From the NCBI GenBank assembly GCA_049414445.1, contig JBMSAP010000091.1, positions 1-56,137 on the forward strand: DNA of 56,137 nucleotides, given 5' to 3'. The position numbers and the translations under genes were made by a program. This DNA comes from Candidatus Caldipriscus sp. (GTDB lineage: Bacteria; Hydrothermota; Hydrothermia; LBFQ01). Of the stretch, positions 49,097 to 56,137 are shown piece by piece; position 1 is the first letter of the stretch, and every line of letters begins with the position of its first letter. The notes beneath the pieces were generated by a model, which had not been told where the DNA came from, searched no databases, and was given only the letters and a program-made list of their open reading frames with translations.

Positions 49097-49247
49097 CGTT
49101 TTCCTCCAAGATTTTCAAGATCCTTTCCGCTATTTCCCTTACGTTCCTCGCCAAAATCCTAACCTCCTCGTTTTCCTTCATCTCCGCGTTTATTGAAAGC
49201 AAAAGAAGGTCCTCGGCTAATTCTCTCAAAATTTCAAGCCTTTGCAT
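49074..49247 (-). CDS. Unannotated 57-aa protein resembling a truncated MCP signalling hairpin
   Basis: Manual translation MQRLEILRELAEDLLLLSINAEMKENEEVRILARNVREIAERILKILEENDGKGIDS*; fills the MCP-cheY gap overlapping both; GAGGT upstream. Confidence 0.7.
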   Translation of the reverse strand: MQRLEILRELAEDLLLLSINAEMKENEEVRILARNVREIAERILKILEENDGKGIDS

Positions 49248-51462
49248 AAGCTTTCTTTACCTCATCAAGGATGCGGGAAGTTCTTTCGCTTATTTGGCCT
49301 AGGTTTTCGGACATCCTAATAACCATTCTATCAATGTTCTCAAGGGATATATACGTTTCCTTTACTGCGCTTGCGGATTCGTATAAAGCCTGCGCTATAG
49401 CCCTCACCATCTCGTCGCTTTTCTCTATCCTCTCCGATATCTCCCCAAAAACATCAACTATACCCCTCGCCCTTTCCCTAATCCCCTCCAAATTCCCCTC
49501 CCACCAATCCCTCTCTTTCATTATACCTTCTATTTTACTCCTTATCTCCTCCATACCCTTGTTTATGCTTTCTATTATAAGGTTGCTTTTTTCAGAAAGC
49601 CCCCTTATCTCCCGAGAAACAACCTCAAACGGACCCCCTTCCCCCATCTTATACGCCTCAACCGTCGCGTTTATTGAAACCAAGTTTATCTTCTCTATTA
49701 TCCTTGACAAACCCTCAACGTTCTCGCTTAAATTTTTAGCTATTTCCGACACCCTCTCCAAATTGGATATTATCCTCCCAAGTTCTTCAACCTTTTTCTC
49801 AAAATCCCCAATGTTCTCGAGGGTGATTTGATAGCCGTTTTGGGAGGACTTCAACGCCTGCTCCGAAAGTGCCTTAAGCTCATCCATGGAAGGTTTCAAA
49901 ACTTCCTCAAAAGACTTGGATATTTGCCTAACCGCAGTTGAAATCTGTGAGATTTGCAGGTTTATCTCCTTAATCGATACAAAGGTTTCCCTTACTTTAT
50001 CCAAGAGAGAATTTAACGAAAGGATCAATACCTCCATCTCCCTCTTTGGCTTCTCGTAAAACTCTCGGTTTATGTAATCTCTAGCTATTCCCATAGGAAC
50101 ATATAAGGATACCACCTCAAATCTTGGTTTGTTTTCCAAAACGGAAAATACGTAGTTTTCACTTGTAAAGCAAAGTAAAGCTACCAATATTGGGTTATTT
50201 ATCCCGCCAGCATATAAAAGCAATGAAGGTAAAATCATACCATTCTTCCAAAGGATATATCCTCCGAGAATTAAGATAGCAGAAAAAGAGAATAAAAAGG
50301 CCCCGTAAGCCCAGATGATCCACCTACCACCCCCATATTCCCCGCTTTTTACGGAGAACATTTCCTTCAATCTTTCAACAATCCCCCTTATATCCTCCGC
50401 GGTTCTTTTTATATAGCTAACATCACCCATTAAATCCTTAACCGCTACGTTTATTTCTTCCACCGCTATGCCCATTTGGATTAGGGATGCGGAAGCATCC
50501 TCTACGGTCCTTGATACCAATCCCGCCTCTTGAGCCATTCTATTTACCGAATCCTCTATTTCCTCAAACCTTTTCCCTATCTCCCTCGCCCCCATTATCA
50601 CCCCCTCAAACCCTATCCCTTCCAATCTTCCAATACTCTCCGTTAAAGATCTGTTTAACTCTTCAAGGTTTTCAATGGATTTTATGGTTATCTCCCTCGT
50701 GCTATCCGACAAAATCTTCATCTCCTCCACCATTTTGGAGATGTTTGCCGAATTTCTATATTTAACCGATTCAAGGGAAATCTGGTAGGATAAAGCCGAT
50801 ATGAACTTCCCTATATCCCTCAATTCTCTGGATGTTTGAAGCAACCCCTTAACAGAAACTTCCGAACTTTTAAGGCTTTTAAGGAATTCCCCAAACCTAA
50901 ACCCCATATCCTCAAATAGGGTAAAGTTCCCCTCCAAAAACTTAACACCCTCCTCCGCTCTAACTTTATTATCCATCCAGGCGGAATATATCTCCGACAT
51001 ATTCCTTGATACAACATTGGAAAATGCGCGTGAGATTTGTGAAACGGATGTTGAGATCTGCTCCAAACTCACCATTATATCTTCAAAAGATCTTTCCAAC
51101 TCCCTTGAAAGCTCGAGAATTTCACTGTAGATCTCAAATGCAATCCCAGAAATTTTTAAGGGTGTCAATAATTCCCTTTCCCTTAGCTTCTTAACCACCC
51201 TATCAAAGTTGTAGTAAAACATCCACCTTTTTATTTTGATTGGCGTTCCCTCTTTTGCGAATCTAATCACTTCTATAAAATGCCTTGGAACATCCCTGCG
51301 AGCATCCAGGATGTTAAGGAGGTAAAGTATTCCAAAGATCAACAAAAGTGTGGCAAAAATAGGATTTCCCAAACTCAAGAAAAACGCTATTCCGATGAAA
51401 GGGGCAATTATTGGAGGCAAGACATACAAAAAAAGGATAAATCCAACTATAACCCTTACCAA
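49234..51462 (-). CDS. Tandem (double) methyl-accepting chemotaxis-like protein
   Basis: Two TM-pair + coiled-coil modules; second tip INLVSINATVEAYKMGEGGPFEVVSREIRGLSE is MCP-like, first is degenerate. Confidence 0.8.
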   Translation of the reverse strand: MVRVIVGFILFLYVLPPIIAPFIGIAFFLSLGNPIFATLLLIFGILYLLNILDARRDVPRHFIEVIRFAKEGTPIKIKRWMFYYNFDRVVKKLRERELLTPLKISGIAFEIYSEILELSRELERSFEDIMVSLEQISTSVSQISRAFSNVVSRNMSEIYSAWMDNKVRAEEGVKFLEGNFTLFEDMGFRFGEFLKSLKSSEVSVKGLLQTSRELRDIGKFISALSYQISLESVKYRNSANISKMVEEMKILSDSTREITIKSIENLEELNRSLTESIGRLEGIGFEGVIMGAREIGKRFEEIEDSVNRMAQEAGLVSRTVEDASASLIQMGIAVEEINVAVKDLMGDVSYIKRTAEDIRGIVERLKEMFSVKSGEYGGGRWIIWAYGAFLFSFSAILILGGYILWKNGMILPSLLLYAGGINNPILVALLCFTSENYVFSVLENKPRFEVVSLYVPMGIARDYINREFYEKPKREMEVLILSLNSLLDKVRETFVSIKEINLQISQISTAVRQISKSFEEVLKPSMDELKALSEQALKSSQNGYQITLENIGDFEKKVEELGRIISNLERVSEIAKNLSENVEGLSRIIEKINLVSINATVEAYKMGEGGPFEVVSREIRGLSEKSNLIIESINKGMEEIRSKIEGIMKERDWWEGNLEGIRERARGIVDVFGEISERIEKSDEMVRAIAQALYESASAVKETYISLENIDRMVIRMSENLGQISERTSRILDEVKKAYAKA

Positions 51463-51470
51463 ATTACCTG

Positions 51471-51492
51471 ATATTATATGCGGGATTAGAAT
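51471..51492. promoter_or_regulatory. Divergent -10 boxes for the MCP operon (-) and rfaE1 (+)
   Basis: TATAAT (minus, 51473-51478) 10 nt before TTG 51462; TAGAAT (51487-51492) 8 nt before ATG 51501. Confidence 0.6.
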
Positions 51493-51500
51493 TTCGGAAG

Positions 51501-52403
51501 ATGAAAATTGCGGTTATTGGGGATGTGATGCTTGACGAGTACGCCTTTGGAAGTGTTGAAAGGATATCTCCAGAGGCTCCCGTGCCAGTTTTTCTATATA
51601 AAAGTAGTAAGTTTATGCCCGGGGGAGCGGCGAACGTCGCTTTAAACTTGGTTAGACTTGGGTTTGAGGTTTATCTCTTTGGAATAATCGGTGAAGACGA
51701 GGATGGGGAGAGGCTTGCAAACCTATGCGAAGATTTGGGGATAAACTTTAGGTTTTACAAGGGTAGCCTTAGGACATTAAAAAAAACCCGTCTCCTTGCA
51801 AAACATCACCATGTATTAAGGATAGATTACGAGGAGAGGTTTTCCGAAAGCGATGCTTATGGATTATTGGATCTTATTAATATCAACGTTGATGCGGTGG
51901 TAGTGTCAAATTACGATAAGGGGACGGTTATTCCGGAAACTTTAAATTTCGTTAGGAAAAGGTTCCAGGATAAATTAAAGGCGATAGATCCAAAATCTTT
52001 AATATGGGAGGCGAGGGGTTTTGATATCGTTAAGCCGAACTTAAGCGAGATTTCCTCGGCATTGCACAGGAAACTCCTAAGCATTGAAGATGTCCTTCAA
52101 GCTTCAAGGGAGATCTTTAATACTCTAAAACCAGAAGCCCTTATCTCCACTATGGGGGATAGGGGTATGTGGATAATTACATATAATAGGGAAATTTACG
52201 TACCCGCGTACAGGAGGGAGGTTTACGATATTACGGGGGCGGGGGATACGGTTTTGGCTTGGGTTGTTTGGGGTAGATTGCAAAATTTGGATTGGGAGGA
52301 GATAGGGAGGTGGTCGGCAAAGGCGGCGGCGGTTTCGGTTTCAAAGCTCGGGGCATATGCACCCACCATTGATGAGGTATTAAAGGAATTCCCCACCCTA
52401 TAA
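51501..52403 (+). CDS. rfaE1: D-glycero-beta-D-manno-heptose-7-phosphate kinase-like PfkB kinase (HldE kinase domain)
   Basis: GDVMLD.Y..G.V.RISPEAPVPV, GGAANVA.N, T..KTR, YDKG, DPK, KPN..E, VYD.TGAGDT. Confidence 0.88.
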   Translation: MKIAVIGDVMLDEYAFGSVERISPEAPVPVFLYKSSKFMPGGAANVALNLVRLGFEVYLFGIIGEDEDGERLANLCEDLGINFRFYKGSLRTLKKTRLLAKHHHVLRIDYEERFSESDAYGLLDLININVDAVVVSNYDKGTVIPETLNFVRKRFQDKLKAIDPKSLIWEARGFDIVKPNLSEISSALHRKLLSIEDVLQASREIFNTLKPEALISTMGDRGMWIITYNREIYVPAYRREVYDITGAGDTVLAWVVWGRLQNLDWEEIGRWSAKAAAVSVSKLGAYAPTIDEVLKEFPTL

Positions 52404-52455
52404 TTCCCATCTGGAGATCTTAAACAAAATACCCGCTAAGAAATACGAAGATTTA

Positions 52456-53211
52456 ATGGAATTTTTGGCGTTTTTAAGCGTTTATGACGATGAGGAGAGG
52501 ATGAGGCAGTATGTGGAGATATTGAAAGGGGAGGAAATCAAGGGGAAGACGGTGGTAGAGCTTGGGGCGGGTTTCGGTTATTTTTCCATTTTGGCGGTTG
52601 AGAGGGGGGCGAGGAAGGTATATGCGGTCGAGAGGAATATGGAGATATTTGAGGTTTTGAAGGAAAGGGTAAGGGGTTATAAGAATATCGTTCCTATAAG
52701 AACGGATGCTCTAAAGTTTAAACCGGAGGAGGAAATAGACGTTCTTATACACGACTTTTACGGACCCTTACTTTACGACGAATCCCTGTACATTCTTGAT
52801 CACCTGAAGTTTAAGCCCAAAACCGTTATACCCAACGGTGGAGTCCTCAAGTGTGGGACTGTTAGGTTGGGGGATATAAAGGATCCAACCGTGGACCTTG
52901 GGGTTTTGAGGAGGCTTAAGGGTGTTTTGGTTGCGGATCTGTTTGATTTTTATGGAAAGCCCGAGAGGGAGTTTTTAGTGGCGAAATGGGAGTTTGGTAA
53001 GGGTTTGGAGGTTTTTGAGGTTGAGGTGCCAAGGGATGGGGAGGTTTTGGTTTTTTGGGTGGAGATCCTTCACGAGGGTAAGAAGCTCTGCTCATCATAC
53101 GAGTGCAGGAATTGGCCCCTAGTTTTTACTTACAACGTAGGTGGAAGGTTTTCTCTTTCTTTTAGGTGGAGGGGGGATTACTCTTTGGCTTACTTTAGGT
53201 GGAAAAAATGA
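52456..53211 (+). CDS. Class I SAM-dependent methyltransferase, PRMT-like
   Basis: DEERM..Y, KTVVELGAG.G..SI.A...GARKVYAVE, PE..DV..HDF.G.LL.DE, VIP. Confidence 0.8.
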   Translation: MEFLAFLSVYDDEERMRQYVEILKGEEIKGKTVVELGAGFGYFSILAVERGARKVYAVERNMEIFEVLKERVRGYKNIVPIRTDALKFKPEEEIDVLIHDFYGPLLYDESLYILDHLKFKPKTVIPNGGVLKCGTVRLGDIKDPTVDLGVLRRLKGVLVADLFDFYGKPEREFLVAKWEFGKGLEVFEVEVPRDGEVLVFWVEILHEGKKLCSSYECRNWPLVFTYNVGGRFSLSFRWRGDYSLAYFRWKK

Positions 53212-53894
53212 ACGCTTTAATTTCCTTTGTTTACATGGAGCATTTTGCCTGGGCGAGCTTCACGAAGTTTTCCTATAAATACAGGGATAAGAGCGGTGTA
53301 GCGGATATAGGGGGATTTATAAAACCCTTCAGGTGGGGGGATTATGGGTTGGCAATAGGGGGGGATTTCATAGTTTGGTTTGGGTACGATGTGGGTCCCA
53401 TACAACTTGACCCAATTTACGCGGATTACTTCGTTTGGTTCGGGATCTTTAAGGGAAAATTTTACCTTCTGCTTGAACACCCCTGCATGCACTACATAGA
53501 CAGGCTTGATACCCTACCCCTATACTGGAACTCCCTTAGGCTTATGTACAGGGAGAGGGATTTTGAGGTCTCAACTGCCCTTTACATACACAGCGATAAA
53601 TATCAGTTTCTCTCAAGGGGAACGGACTGGAGCTCGGATATAAAAATATTTAAGAGGTTCCGAGAGAAAATATCAAGGGAAACTTTCCTGACGTTTGAAG
53701 GCTCTACATTTTTCGCCCTAAGCAGGAACCATAAGAGGGCTTACGCGAGCTTTGATATGAGGGGTGGTTTGGAGTTTTATAACGAAAAGGGGGATCTTGG
53801 GATTTTTTTGGGCTTTAGACCTTACGATAGGACGGGGATAATAAGGGATGCGGAGGGGGTACCTTACTTATCCTTGAGGGTGAGGGGGTTTTGA
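53208..53894 (+). CDS. Hypothetical outer-membrane beta-barrel-like protein
   Basis: Aromatic-rich alternating pattern, C-terminal Phe; likely start ATG 53208 (ATGA overlap). Confidence 0.6.
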   Translation: MNALISFVYMEHFAWASFTKFSYKYRDKSGVADIGGFIKPFRWGDYGLAIGGDFIVWFGYDVGPIQLDPIYADYFVWFGIFKGKFYLLLEHPCMHYIDRLDTLPLYWNSLRLMYRERDFEVSTALYIHSDKYQFLSRGTDWSSDIKIFKRFREKISRETFLTFEGSTFFALSRNHKRAYASFDMRGGLEFYNEKGDLGIFLGFRPYDRTGIIRDAEGVPYLSLRVRGF

Positions 53895-53901
53895 GGACAC
53901 G

Positions 53902-53930
53902 TTGAAATTATTGGTGGAATGCCATAAAAT
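53902..53930 (+). promoter_or_regulatory. Sigma70-type promoter for the 53939 gene
   Basis: TTGAAA (53902-53907), 17 nt, TAAAAT (53925-53930), 8 nt, ATG. Confidence 0.7.
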
Positions 53931-53938
53931 TCTGGGTT

Positions 53939-55342
53939 ATGGTTAGCTTTCTCTTAAGCGCTTGCGGTTGCCCGACCTATAAGGTTAATATAAGCAATAG
54001 GCCGGGTGTGGTGGATTACACCTATAACGACGCGAACTATATTTCCACCGAGAGGAGTACAAAGAATATAGCAAGCTGTAAGGGTAAGGTTCATATCGCC
54101 TGGTTCGGTAGGAACTCTTCGGGGCAGACCGCGGTTTTCTATAGGAGAAGTACAAACGGTGGAGTGACATGGGATCCCGCCCTTCAACTTACCCCGTTTG
54201 TGGGAAATCTGGGACTTGAGATGTGGGTTCAGTGCTACGGGGATACGGTGGTCGTCGCGTACGAGAAGGTTGAATCCGACAACAACATCTATTACAGGTA
54301 TTCAACCAACGGAGGAAATACCTGGAGTTCTGAAGCCCTTCTAAGGGGAGGTTCAAACAATCAGGAGGCGCCATCAATATGGATATGGGGAAACAACTTC
54401 CACCTTGCCTGGTCTGATAATACCCCACCCGCCCTTGTACCCGTATATTACGTCTGGTATGGTAGGAGTACGACCTTAGGCTCAAGCTGGGTTTCAAGTG
54501 GGAGGAGGGATCTCTCGGATTCTCCGATAATAGTTGGGGATCCAACGAATCCCAACAGGCTTCACATAATATTTATGATCTTCAACGCCCTCGAGAGAAA
54601 GGCTAGGTATATAAGGAGCACCGATGGGGGATCAACGTGGTCCTCCACCTTTGACCTATCAAATGGAGTTAACGCGGGTGGGAGCGGTTTTTGGGGAAGG
54701 CCAATAGGTTCAATAAGCGCATACGGGAATTATGTACATGCGGTTTTCGTTGATGAAAGATTCGGGAACAAGGAGGTCCTATACAGGAGATCCACGGATG
54801 CGGGGGCAACATGGTCTGCAATAATCAACTTAAGCGGAACACCGGATACATCCTGGAGCCCTTATATATTAACGAATAACGCGGGGGAGGTTAGGGTTTA
54901 TTGGGTGGATAAGAGCGATGGGGATTACGAGGTTCTGTGCAAGATCTCCACGAATAACGGTTCAAGCTGGTCTGCAAACTACAGATTGACAAATAATACC
55001 GCAAAGGACGTTATGGTGAGCTTGGATTACGATCCCACAAATTCCAGGTGGCACATAGTTTGGTCATCAAACGAAGGGGGGAATTGGGAGGTTTATTACA
55101 CATCCGATCCATGTCCCACATCTTCGGACGATGACCTGGGTGTAGCGGAAGGGGAAGAGGTTGGGAGCTTTCGGATAGGGAGGGATGGGATAATATTACA
55201 TAAGGATGCGGAGGTAAGGGTTTTTGATGTCTCGGGAAAACTTTATATCTCGGGGAAGTTTGTAAAGGGGGAAAAGGTTCGGCTTAAGAGGGGGGTCTGG
55301 TTCATCCTGATAGATGGGAAAATTTACAGGGTTATAATATAG
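53939..55342 (+). CDS. Secreted Asp-box (BNR)/sialidase-fold protein with T9SS-like C-terminal domain
   Basis: Repeats STNGGVTW, STNGGNTW, STDGGSTW, STDAGATW, STNNGSSW; tail VRVFDVSGK...LKRGVWFI...RVII. Confidence 0.82.
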   Translation: MVSFLLSACGCPTYKVNISNRPGVVDYTYNDANYISTERSTKNIASCKGKVHIAWFGRNSSGQTAVFYRRSTNGGVTWDPALQLTPFVGNLGLEMWVQCYGDTVVVAYEKVESDNNIYYRYSTNGGNTWSSEALLRGGSNNQEAPSIWIWGNNFHLAWSDNTPPALVPVYYVWYGRSTTLGSSWVSSGRRDLSDSPIIVGDPTNPNRLHIIFMIFNALERKARYIRSTDGGSTWSSTFDLSNGVNAGGSGFWGRPIGSISAYGNYVHAVFVDERFGNKEVLYRRSTDAGATWSAIINLSGTPDTSWSPYILTNNAGEVRVYWVDKSDGDYEVLCKISTNNGSSWSANYRLTNNTAKDVMVSLDYDPTNSRWHIVWSSNEGGNWEVYYTSDPCPTSSDDDLGVAEGEEVGSFRIGRDGIILHKDAEVRVFDVSGKLYISGKFVKGEKVRLKRGVWFILIDGKIYRVII

Positions 55343-55346
55343 TGTT

Positions 55347-56137
55347 ATGAGGTACTTTGTATTTGACAAGCAGGGCAATTTGAAAGGCACAGAAAGGATA
55401 AGGGGCGAATGGGCTCTAGTATACATTAACTGTGAGGCGGATTATTGGAAAGTTTTGGAGAGGATAGACGCCAAGGTGTTCGGGGCAACGAGCTTCATGG
55501 GTGCCTTTTCACCCGAAGGTTTTGTTGATGGCGCAATACTCCTTGCGGAAGATGGGGACGATATAAAGGCTTCGTACAGGCTTGTTGAAACGAAGGAAAA
55601 CAACGCGAGGGAAAGGGCAAAAGAGGCTGTAGAAGAGATAAGGGGAGAACTTGGTGGAAATCCCGATGTTATACTTATGCACGCAACCCCCGGGTACGAG
55701 GAGAGGATCCTTGAGGGGATTTACGATGTGTTTGGTGATAATATAAGGGTTTTCGGTGGGAGCGCTGGGGATAACGATCTGACGGGAAAGTGGAAGTTGT
55801 TTGATAAGGGGAAAGAAATAAACGAGGGTGTCCTTTTGGTGGGATTTAAAAATCCAAGGGGGATATTCGGGGCTTTTGTGAGCGGATACTTCCCTACGGA
55901 ATACAAGGGTAAGATAACGAAGGCGAAGGGGAGGGTAATATATGAGATAGACGGAAGACCAGCTGCGGAGGTTTATAACGAATGGACGAAAGGTTTGATA
56001 TCTGATTACCTTGATAAGGGAGGGGTAATATTGGCTCAAACCACTTTGTATCCCTTGGGTAGGGTTGTGGGTCAAGTATTGGGAATTCCCATTTATCTTC
56101 TTTCCCATCCGCATATGGTCATAAAGGAGGATAAAGC
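55347..56137 (+). CDS. FIST-domain sensory protein, partial (runs off window end; absent from ORF track)
   Basis: Manual translation from ATG 55347: ...FGATS...PGYEE.IL.GI...VFGGSAGD...ITKAKGRVIYEIDGRPAAEVY...YPLGR...LSHP. Confidence 0.85.
   Translation, partial: MRYFVFDKQGNLKGTERIRGEWALVYINCEADYWKVLERIDAKVFGATSFMGAFSPEGFVDGAILLAEDGDDIKASYRLVETKENNARERAKEAVEEIRGELGGNPDVILMHATPGYEERILEGIYDVFGDNIRVFGGSAGDNDLTGKWKLFDKGKEINEGVLLVGFKNPRGIFGAFVSGYFPTEYKGKITKAKGRVIYEIDGRPAAEVYNEWTKGLISDYLDKGGVILAQTTLYPLGRVVGQVLGIPIYLLSHPHMVIKEDK

Noticed and set aside
53161-53203. Direct repeat TTTAGGTGGA twice
   Set aside because: Only two 10-nt copies, both encoding FRW within a CDS; not an array or att site
55509-56114. 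201-aa minus-strand ORF
   Set aside because: Shadow of the plus-strand FIST gene

Overview
A 56-kb, very gene-dense stretch of core bacterial chromosome with no mobile elements, CRISPR arrays or rRNA. The organism is probably a diderm thermophile: it has SurA, an Omp85-like protein, MurJ, an RND pump and E/K/R-rich proteins. T9SS-like C-termini plus a PorV-like barrel suggest an FCB-associated lineage such as WOR-3 (inference only). Gene order is scrambled, with housekeeping, envelope and metabolic genes mixed and several orphan subunits (nuoD, pstA, one sugar permease). There are two CCA-less tRNAs, Val(TAC) and Ser(CGA). A ~4.3-kb decayed region holds a pfkA remnant and a caa3-type (A2) cytochrome c oxidase operon broken by a nonsense codon, a frameshift and a deletion-fusion. 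Four observations stand out. (1) About 20 operon-leading genes have a TAnAAT -10 box only 6-10 nt before the start codon and no Shine-Dalgarno site, implying pervasive leaderless translation. (2) Both tRNAs are followed by exactly one nucleotide and then a TTG start of a real CDS, suggesting tRNA 3' processing generates leaderless mRNAs. (3) Non-lipoprotein exported proteins carry only a ~6-9-residue uncharged hydrophobic N-terminus instead of a classical signal peptide. (4) A chemosensory-like operon encodes a tandem double chemoreceptor, an unannotated 57-aa MCP-hairpin-like mini-protein, CheY, CheC, a TPR protein and a DUF4388-TPR protein, with no CheA or CheW. All calls come from motif recognition by eye; no database search was run.
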